Positions 38,201 through 48,447 of a DNA stretch of 64,000 nucleotides are shown one piece after another. Position numbers and translations under genes: made by a program. Position 1 is the stretch's first letter, and every line of letters begins with the position of its first letter. The DNA is from Tubulanus polymorphus (taxonomy: Eukaryota > Animalia > Nemertea): the NCBI RefSeq assembly GCF_964204645.1, contig NC_134036.1, positions 1,426,001 through 1,490,000 of the forward strand. Reading direction: 5' to 3'. A model generated the notes under the pieces. It had not been told where the DNA came from and made no database searches. It saw only the letters and a program-made list of their open reading frames with translations.

Positions 38201-41200
38201 CAATCAACAAACCTAAAATCAAAGGCTCCATCACAACTTTAGACATAACGACGTCACTGATACCTTTTACTCAATACAACTGTTCAATGTTTGCCTCGAA
38301 TAGTAAAGGGGAAGGGTCACCTGCCAGTGTTAGCTTTTGGACAGGTGAGTAATTTGACCCAATGACCTCAAGTATTCATTGATGTCACTTGTCAACATTG
38401 TCACTTACTGATATTTCAGGTGAAATAACAATTCCCCTACTGGTTGTCAAGAAAGCAGCGGTAACAAACACGACTGTTACACTTCAAATAACACGTGTTA
38501 ATACTGGAAACATTACGTAAGTGTCCTCTTATTTTCATCTATAAATAATGCATGATCTTATAAAACAATTTTTCTCTGATTTTCAGCGGTTACGAGGTGA
38601 TCGTCAAGAAACACGATGGACCAATCAGCCGTCGCCGGAAGCGTGCAGTCAACCAATCACAATACGTCTCGTACGGAGAAGCTAAACAGCGAGGATTATC
38701 AGTTTATATTACTGCAGTTCTACCACCGGAAGTGCCCTCTGAGTTTATAGTTGGTGATACACGTGACTATAGTGGTTACTTTAATGCTCCTCTAGAAACT
38801 GGGAAATCTTACAGTTTTATTTTAGGAATCGTTGTCAATTATAACGGAGTGAGTTTATCTTGTCTTTGAATGTGAATTGTAGTTTCCAATTTGGAGGTGA
38901 CTCTAGCCATTTTTTGGGGATTTTTCAGGAAACGTTTCGGCATTATCCACCAATAGAACAGCAAGAGAGAATCACTGTTCAAGCATCGTCTAGTAAGGCA
39001 GGGATAATAGGTGGCGTTGTGACAGTTGTTCTAATACTGTTATTGGTTGCTGTTGCTCTATATATTGTTTGGAGGTGCGAGTAAATAGTGGCGACCTCTA
39101 TAGTCCAATGCAAATCATTTGACAATCGCCCAATGCCCCTAAAGTTCCCCCTCATTCAGTTACCCACTGTATGGACGCCTTAACTTTTCAGACGCGGTGG
39201 ATTCAAAACTAAACAAACATCGAACAATGCAGATGTATCCATGGGGAATATTTCACCTGCTGATGAAGGTATTGAAATACCTTTGGCGAGAGAAGAAGCA
39301 GAGGCTGTTTATGTGAATTGTCCTAAATCATCGAGACAAGAAAATACAGCTAGTGCAAATGCTGCATTTTCAAGAGGTTTGTCTCAAGACCGTGAGGTTT
39401 TGGAAAGTTGAAGCCTAATAATGTTTTAACACTATGATTCCTGTCTATATAGAAAGCTCCGCGTATTTCAATATCTATGACGATCCGAATGCTGTATGCG
39501 AAACGCAAGATGGCGAGGATCATCATAACAAAATCGCTTCTAAAGGCGCTACTATGATTTGTGACCTGTTGAGAGAGACCTTGATGAAAACCTCTGATGA
39601 ATGGAAGAATATGAATGAAGAATTTCAGGTAGAATCGCCGTGAGGTTGGGACTGCGCGTTGGTAAGACATTTGATTATGTTCTGGATCTATTTTGTCTTT
39701 AGAGTGTTCTCAAGTTGAGACGAGGATTGAGCGCCTGCGCTGAGAAAGGGGAAAATGCTGAGAAAAACAGGTTTCCAAACATTTTGGCCTGTAAGTATTG
39801 CCTGGTCATTATATAGACATGGGTTCTGTCGTAAATACAAGAGTTGGCTTGTGAAACATCTCTATTGACTTTCATTGACTTTGAGTGGTTTTTTCTAGAT
39901 GATTCGACTAGAGTTGTTCTGGAACAAACCGGTAAAGATCCAACATCAGATTACATCAATGCCAATTATATTCGGGTAAGGAATCAATCCTTCTATGCTC
40001 TTCCAAAGGTTTTCCTGTCCTCCTATAGTATATAAACCGAAATTCTGAATTTAATTTTCAGGGACTAACTGGTCATGTGATATGTATTGCTTGCCAGGGT
40101 AAGTCTCATGATTCAATTGATTCGTGTTACTTGTGCGCTCACTCATCTAACTTGCTCTTTCAGCTCCATTGCTATCTACAATCAATGACCATTGGCGGAT
40201 GATTTGGCAAGAGAAATGTCCAGCTATTATTGTACTCACCGACCTGACTGAAGGACATGACAAAGATAAGAAGGTGGCAAAAATACTCTAAGATGCTGAA
40301 GCGTAAACAGGCAAAATGTAGAAAAATAAGTACTTTTGATTTTTAACTTGCAGGTGAAGTGTCATTTATATTGGCCAACAAAACTGAACACGAAAGGTCG
40401 ATATGGAGATATAACAGTGACAGTTGCAGAGAAAATGGAAACACACACTGAGCCTCCGGCTGCTGTACATTTCTTGTCCATTACAAAGGTAATGATCATG
40501 TCATTGCTTTATCATGAGTGACCTAGTGTTGGTATTTCTGCTATCTATAAGCTTGGTTCAGATATCGATTTTAATAGACTCTCCCGATGAGTAACTTTTC
40601 ATTTATTTCATAGCGTGGCCACAAAGAAGCACATAATCTGTTAGTTTGTCACTATCGAGGATGGCCGGATCATGGTGTACCGTTCCCGGCTTCATCTGTT
40701 GTTCGTATGCAACAGTTCATCAAACAGCGTCTTACCGACCCGGATCAGGGACTTGTGCTGATTCATGGCAGGTAAATTAATTCGAAAATCTCCCAGTCCT
40801 TTACTGTTAAGGACAAGTTTAGAAATGTTATTGTTTGTGTTGTGTTCTCAGTGCTGGTGCTGGAAGGACAGGTTGTTATATCGCAACGGAGCAGCTTCTT
40901 GAAAAAGCTAAGAAAGATGGACTCGTTAACGTATTCGACATGACTAGGAAATTACGACAACAAAGACCAGAAATGATCCAGAATATGGTAAAATCTTAAT
41001 AAATTTACTGCCTCTCATTTCACGTTTCCAAAATGGATAACTACAACGTGTTCCTTATTACTATCTACTTCAGAAACAGTACATTCTCGTGCACCAGATT
41101 CTACTGGAGGAACTGGTACTGGGACCGGTGGCGTACCCGACCACGAGTTTCAGAGAATTATACGAGGAAAGAAAGGCAACGCGTCCCGTATCTAGAAACG

Positions 41201-42650
41201 TATCTGATAAAATAGAGGAACAATTTCTTGTACGTATTAAGATCGGCCAAAATGAGATGAAGGGTTTTGGATAACAAACAGATGGCAGCAATGAATCCAT
41301 TGACCCAGATAAACTAGATTTCAATTTTGTTTCCTTGGTTTGGTTTTGAAGAAAATAATTACCCAATGCGTTGTTTTCTGATGCAGGTTTTGAAGGCATC
41401 GACTCCGATTCAGGACGAGGAATCACTAGCAATGGCCAAACTACTCAACAATGTTAACAAGTCTCGACACAAAGACATCCTTCCTGAGGCACAGTATCAA
41501 CCACAACTCTCACATAAAGGGTTCATCAATGCTTCATTTGTGCACGTGAGTTTGATTCTGAATTAATAGCTATCCGTGGAATATCTGGTAGAGGGGGGGG
41601 GGGGGGGCATTAAGCCTCGATAATCTTCAGTTGAGATATCGATAAGTTATAAGAATCTGATTGAAATACTTTCCTTTTTACAGACGATCACAGATAAAAA
41701 CGTGTTTATAGCAACACAAAGTCCAATGGCAAATACTTTTACTGACTTCTGGCAAATGATCTTTGACTATAACTGTGAAATTATTGTAATGATGCATCAA
41801 GAATATCCACAAGATCCGGTAAGGTGTATTCCTAGTCTAGCATCTAGTATACATAGGTCTGCTTTGTAGGTATCTTTTTCCAGAATACATCTTCTGATTT
41901 TAGACATATGCAAGCTACTGGCCTGCAGCTGGAAGCATCAAATGCAGTCCTTTTACAATCACTGTGGAGGAAGTTTCATTGCCCTGTAGGACCATCGTTC
42001 GCCGGGATTTGATCCTCCAAAAACAGAATGTATGTTGAGTTGTTTCGGTAGCTACTGTTCAGAGAAATATGGCTGCATTTTTCGGAATTTCCTTCGACAT
42101 TGCTATTTACTATGACCTGATCAGATCAATTGTATTTCTTTGATTTCACAGGAATCGCATCAGATTCGTCAGATCCAGTTTTTAGGATGGCCTGAGGATG
42201 AGTCGGTTCCTGATTTACAACATCTATTCGAGTTTGTGAATCTAGTTACAAGAGAACACGTGACCAGTCCTATTGTTGTACATTGCATGTTCGTATCTTA
42301 GCAACATCAGTCAATTATTCAAAACAATATCACATATTCTATCGATTATGCAAATTTTACAGGGACAGCACAACGAGAGCAGGGTTATTTTGTGCGGCAT
42401 TTGAACTGATCACCAAGGCGCCATCTAGCGAACAAATCGATATTTATCACTGTATACAAAAACTACGAGTGACTCGACCTCAATTCATTCCAAATTTGGT
42501 AAGAAATTAATCGATTTTCTTTGTATTTTCACGAGTAATTTTATTGATGTATTTTTCTTGTTTTCGTATTCATAGGAACAGTACAAGTTTCTACACGATC
42601 TGGTGATATTCTATTTACAAGGATTCGACACTTATGTGAACCTTAGTTAG
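31635..42650 (+). CDS. FTLD-EGF-FN3 receptor-type PTP (pseudo)phosphatase, copy C (two lectin modules with identical FTLDs, 34 exons)
   Basis: Signal 31635-31707; 31887-32081; FTLD 32548-32781+33279-33521; EGF 33826-33969; FN3 34141-34455, 34535-34632, 34849-35077. Module 2: 35342-35536, 35990-36223, 36721-36963, 37265-37408, 37514-37837. Furin exon 38587-38848; TM 38929-39074; D1 from 39703 (ATT CAT GGC AG at 40761-40771); last exon 42576-42650. Confidence 0.86.
35222..35281. repeat. (AT)n microsatellite at the module junction of gene C
   Basis: 30 perfect AT units. Confidence 0.98.
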
Positions 42651-43997
42651 AATTATGATTCGAAATGCTGAAGAAAAGCAAACAATCAGAAAAGGGAATC
42701 TGAGTAAAGGCACCTGAACTGCTACTTTACACCTGGCATTAACCGAGTGATGGCGCCACTAGCTGGAACACGAGGCAACGAAATTCACTTACTAGTTTAA
42801 TCATGTATCTTTTTAAATTGTTTTATTCAAAATATTGCTCGAACTCTTGGACATAAAGATTAACGTACTTTTCGTATTGAGGAACCTTAGGTCTACTCCA
42901 GAAACTGTCCGGTTTTATTGTGTTTATGTTTACGATTACTTTTTTGTTCATGAATTATATTCATATATAATTTATATATCAGCTATCTAATTATGTATCT
43001 ATAAAACTGAGTGTTGTATTATGTTATAATTTCAATGTAAATAAAGATATATTCAGATATTTCTCAATAGAAATAGATTTCAATATAAAGATGATTTATG
43101 TAATTATCACTGTTAATTAGATATTCTTAGTTAATATCATCACTCATATTTGTAATCACCGCGTTCACATCGTGTATCATCCACTTCCTTCCCTCACTGT
43201 TATCCACCTATCCACCTAATATACATATACACTAGTAAAAGCGAAAACTCGTAATTTCTAGTATAAAATAAACATAACTACTGACAGTAAGTTACCGTAA
43301 AATAATTCATAATGACACTGTAATTGTACTGTGATTATCAATTCAGTCACTCTTAATTAATTATCTTTAATTAATCTAATTACTCATAATTTTCATCCGG
43401 TAAAGTTTCTACTATACATGTTATAATATATCAGCCGATATAGTATTTTTTTGTTGAAACTTTCGAGCCATGCATATAGTCTATCATATTACATGTATAT
43501 CTGTTTTTATATCAGTGCTTGTTTATCAGATGTTAATGATTATTATTATTTCTCTTTCTCACTTTGTTATATGTATGTAGAAATGTCAGTCACAAACAGT
43601 GCAATTGTTTATACTGAATAAATATTTGAATTTGAATTGTATTACACTAGTAGCTAAAACTCGTAATTTCTAGTATAAAATCAAGTTAACTACTCACAGT
43701 TAGTTGTTACCTGTTGTCACGTTTATTGATTATACTCACAGTCCTTATATAAATATAACTGATTATTTCAATTTCACAATGAACTCGAATATTGTACATA
43801 ATCTAGAATAAAATATATAGATTTTCCTGATTTGATTGTGTTTGTTTTTGTGTTTTCTGTTTTGTTTTTGTCTTGTTTTACGATTGAAGATTCTGGGTTC
43901 CTTCAGGTTTTATATCTTATTTGTCATGAAAATAAACAACTTTCTGCTGCCCTGCGACTCGATCACACCTATAGGGGGCAGAGGGGGTTTATTTGAA

Positions 43998-44260
43998 GCG
44001 GTGTTGTTGCCGCTACGTGGCAGCACAATACGGCTTTTTCGAATTCCAGCAAATCATACGAATGACGTTTAAATTTCGTTTACAGGCTAAGCCTTAAATG
44101 GAAAACTTAAGATAAATGCCACTGGCAAATAACTACAAAAGAAAACATCGCGAAAAAAATAAAATCAATTCGGGACTCGACCCTAAATATCAAAACGTAA
44201 CGGTTCCGTAGAGGTTCGAAAAAGCCGTATTGTGCTGCCACGTAGCGGCAACAATCCCGC
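43998..44260. mobile_element. Complete MITE of about 260 bp with perfect 40-bp TIRs (superfamily not assigned)
   Basis: ttgttgccgctacgtggcagcacaatacggctttttcgaa (44004-44043) is the exact reverse complement of 44215-44254. Confidence 0.88.
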
Positions 44261-44970
44261 AGTACACGATTAAACCAAGTTGACGCGACGATCGAAATCG
44301 ACTGACGCTTCGTTTGTTTTTGGCTCTGGTTTATCTATGAGGTGTATTTGACGGAACCAAACGCTACTTGAAAATGATCTATACACATTGTTGTTATTGA
44401 CACATCTTGGAAAAGGTGAGTGAGTGTATAATCTTTGAGAAAATGCTTACAGAAAGTTTGAAGCGACAGATTTTCATTGGATTGTAATTGATGGGCGTGA
44501 AAATTGATACACACTTCCGGTAACGAACGTTAGGCCTATATCCCTACCAACAATATGTCTCCATGCCTACCAACTGAAGTTTGTTACGTAGGCATGGAAA
44601 CATATTGTTAAACTTTCAAATCATGGAGTCACTTCTCTTCATTTAACCCCTCCTTCAATACAGTTTCAAATGGATTAAAAAATGATGATTTAGGTCGACT
44701 GCCTGTCCTTTCTGGTCCTATTAAGACCTTTATCAGGTATGTACTACCAAAACTGACTGAGCTTGGCCACTCGGAATGCTCTCAAGTCAGGTTGAAATAG
44801 ATATTAGCTACATTGCCACATCAAGGCCATACTAAAATGGGCGTATTGACTCCACACCTGTTTAATGTGGGCTAGATTGATTGTGGGACCAACGAGACGT
44901 GAGACTAATAAGAACCCGCGAGGAAACCAACGGCATCCTTCTCTTCAATTGATTCTTTTTCATCGTTCAG

Positions 44971-45654
44971 AAAACGTTTTGGCATTATCCACCCATAGAT
45001 CAACGGCAAGAGATAATCATTGTTCGAGCACCGTCTAGTAATGCAGGGATAGTAGGTGACAATGCAGGAATAATAGGTGGCGTTGTGGCTGGTTTTATAT
45101 TATCATTGGTGCCTGCTATTCTAGTTCTATGTGTAGTATGGAGGTACGAGTGAATAGTGGTGACCTCTGTAATTAAAATCACGTATCATTTGACAACCGT
45201 CCGATGCCCCTTAACTTTTTTCACATCTTGCAGACACAGCAGGTTCAAAACTAGGCAAACAACGAACAATGCAGAAATAGAGTATGATTCATCTTCTGTT
45301 GAAAATATTGACAGACGGCCATTCGCAAGACTAGAGGTTATCCCAAGACAAGAACATGTTAACCCTGCATTATCAATAGGTTTGTATATAATGAAGCTTG
45401 AAAAGTTAAAGCCTAATAATATTTTTAACAACAAAGATTCTTCTTCACGTAGAAAGCTCCATGTATCACAATATCTATGATGATCCGGAAACGGAATACG
45501 ATCAGCAAGATGGCGAGGAAAAGTTGCTACTGTGATTAATCGTGACCTCTTGTTTATTTTCTATTTATAGGAACAATACAAGTTACTGAAGTTACTGCAT
45601 GATTTGATGATATTGTATTTACAAGGACACGACACTTATGTGAACCTTAGTTAG
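44971..45654 (+). pseudogene. Diverged fourth RPTP paralog remnant ('copy D'): TM, juxtamembrane and terminal exons only, both PTP domains deleted; pseudogene or PTP-less cassette
   Basis: 44971-45143 KTFWHYPPIDQ..GIIGGVVAGFILSLVPAILVLCVVWR; 45234-45379 RHSRFKTRQTTNNAEI..; 45453-45535 ESSMYHNIYDDPETEYDQQDGEEKLLL*; 45571-45654 EQYKLLKLLHDLMILYLQGHDTYVNLS*. Splice sites are homologous to those of A-C. Confidence 0.75.
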
Positions 45655-46164
45655 AATTATGACTGGAAATGGAAAACATTTAGTGAATTTGAGAAACGGC
45701 GACCGGAAATACTACTTAACACCTCCTGAGATCCGGAACTAGAAAGGACGCGTTTTTAGCCAAAGGGTGGCGCCGCTGTAGCTGCGATAATTGTATTGCT
45801 TATTCTACATTTTATGTTTATGTTTTACAATTGTAAATACTTCTTGATGTTTTCTCTGTATAGCACTCGTTGAGGTGATCAGTGTAAATAGATTTTATTT
45901 CATTTCATTTAATTATATGAGCAACTGTTCATTCGCTCTTATTTTGTTTTATTGAAAATATAAACGGATTTCTTGTAGATAATGATTAACGCAGCTTTCG
46001 TTAGGGAACCCCGCCGGTCCGTGGCTTAGTTCAGTCGGTTTTGGTAGTACAGGCCATTCATTGGGACCAGCACAGATTGAGTACAGATTGACTAAGAAAT
46101 TTGACTGAGCCAGGCCACGACCCGGCATCCTCTCAAAGCAAAGTCGAAATCGACATATAAATCG

Positions 46165-46625
46165 ATTTCATTGTGTTTCATTATATATAGTTTAGAATGT
46201 GTGATATTTAATCATTCAATCTATCTTTAAAAAAATAACCTTAACATTTTCTTAGTGTAATTTCTCAAAATAACTTTTACCAAGTTTTACAAAACCTGTG
46301 ATACCTAATCATACGATGGAGAGACATAGACAGCTTATAAATTATATAACTTGCTGAGCATATCGAAAAAACAATGGATTTTATATCATACAAAGGAGTC
46401 TGATATTGCTATGTTTGAAATCATTTAGTTGTATCCATTTAGAAGAAAATATAACTCGATTTCATTAAAGGCCTATGGTTTGGATTTGTGTGATATTAAA
46501 TCATTCAATCTATCTTAAGAAAAAAGTAACCTTAACGTCTTCTTATTGTAATTTCTCAAAATAACTTCGACCAAGTTTTATAATCTGTGATACCTACTCA
46601 TGCGATGGACAGCATATAGACAGGT
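46165..46625. repeat. Diverged local direct duplication (about 170-bp copies, about 290-bp offset)
   Basis: 'tgtgatatt.aatcattcaatctatctt..aacctta..gtaatttctcaaaataactt..accaagtttta..ctgtgataccta.tca..cgatgga' at about 46200 and 46490. Confidence 0.7.
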
Positions 46626-47551
46626 ATTAGACAGCCTATAGACATATCCTGTCGACGCGAATAAACGGCTGAGCAGTTACTTCTCAATAAAAATAGCTTT
46701 TACACATTTCAAAGGACTCGAATATATTATACTTGTTTTTTTTTCATAAATTGTTTATAAGTTAACATAAAATTTTCTCTGAGATATCGATTTATCTATT
46801 ATATCCAACAAATTTACAATAAAGACCGAAGTTTGAGAATGGGGCCTTGAATATGCGAATTCCGCCTTTGTTGGTGGTTATACGCTACAAGTTGCCCCAG
46901 ATAAATAGCTACATTATCCGCCTTTATTGTTGTCTTATTTCGGTCGTTCGAATGTTTGAATGAAAATATCGATCGGTTATTGTAAGGTGTTAGATAAATG
47001 CTAGGACAAGATGGCGGCACGTACCAAAAGTCTATTATAACCAGTTGGTACGAGGAGACAGTTTGTTGTTTGGCGTCTTTCGAGGAATGTTCGAACAGTC
47101 GGAGTTAGACAGATTAAAGAGAGAGGAGAGAATGAAAATAGTTGACTTTCCAATAAACTCAATGGATACAATTCACCACTACACAAAATGCGGAAGTGTT
47201 CAAGAGACAGGCAGTGCGCGGTTCATCCGTTAGATGTCGCCTCGGTAATAGCATCCGACAAAAATTCAGAAGTGAATTTAAAGAAGGTAAGAACAGTTTA
47301 TAAGAATTTATTTCCAATACAAGTGGTTAGAATTTGGAGGTTTCGGCGCCGTTTACATATAGGTGGTTTTCAATGTTGTCCAATTAACATAAACATCCGT
47401 ACAAGGTGTTGATTTTTTTCAATTGGCCAAAGATCCATCTTTCGTCCTGGGCATTTGTGATTTAGGATTTCATAATTTTGTCCAGTAAGAAAAAATCAAA
47501 AACCGATATAAAAGAGAAAAACAATCATCTTTTTTTAATATATTAATATTT

Positions 47552-47557
47552 TATTGA
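47552..47557 (-). promoter_or_regulatory. Candidate polyadenylation signal of the acetylcholinesterase gene
   Basis: AATAAA on the minus strand, about 890 nt past the stop codon, followed by an AT-rich tract. Confidence 0.35.
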
Positions 47558-48447
47558 CAAATATTTCAATTCCACATGTTACATTTCGTGTGTTCAATAG
47601 TTCGAATAAAATATCATTTTTAAAGAATAATTCAATTCAAAAACGACGACATTTCAGAAAAAAGACATATTTAGACAATTTAGACAGACATACAGTGAGA
47701 CAGGGCCCTCGAGAGAGATACAATTAATCAATACCGGGGGGGTCGGGGGGGTTAGAAGTTGCATTTATCTTACTTCGGTTTTATAGTAGATAGTAGAAAT
47801 ACTTATGTATAATATTGATAATTCTCAGTATGATGTCATTGGGTGATTTATGAAGGTGGCCATTTTGTTTTCTCCTCGATTTAATGAACGCCTCCATTTA
47901 TCACTCAATGACATCATTATCTTGTTTAAAAACTAACCAATTAGAAGCCGCCTCATTAATTATTCATTGAAATATCTATATTTTGAATATATGTTAATTA
48001 GGCACTGATTAATAGATTATAAAATTTCAATCTTGCTTTTCCTATGACGGTTTACACCGCTAGATGGCGAATGGATCTTTCCAACGAAGGGTTCTGAAAT
48101 CTTGCTTTGTATTTATTTGTCTTCAATGGCAGGCTATCATGTCCGCTAGGTGGCGCATTGAGCTCGTTTTTGTATGCGATACCTCTAAATCTTTGCTAGA
48201 CGATTTTTGCATATGATATATTGAATATTTCTCTCACTTTTTCATGATAATGATATATGATAATTAATTAGTGTTATAACTCTTATCTTTATAACAAAGC
48301 TACGCGCGTTAATGATAACATTATCATCACGATCGATAAAGTTATCGTTATCATTCATGATAATATCGGTTACTTCTGAATAATATGATATATATGATAA
48401 ATATTATGAGTGATCACGTGATACGGACTATTCGACGATCACGAGTG

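Noticed and set aside
1188-42650. Whole array as a pure assembly artefact
   Set aside because: Copies differ in module number, lectin loops, intron types and independent pseudogene lesions. Only the near-identical A/B segment still needs read-level confirmation.
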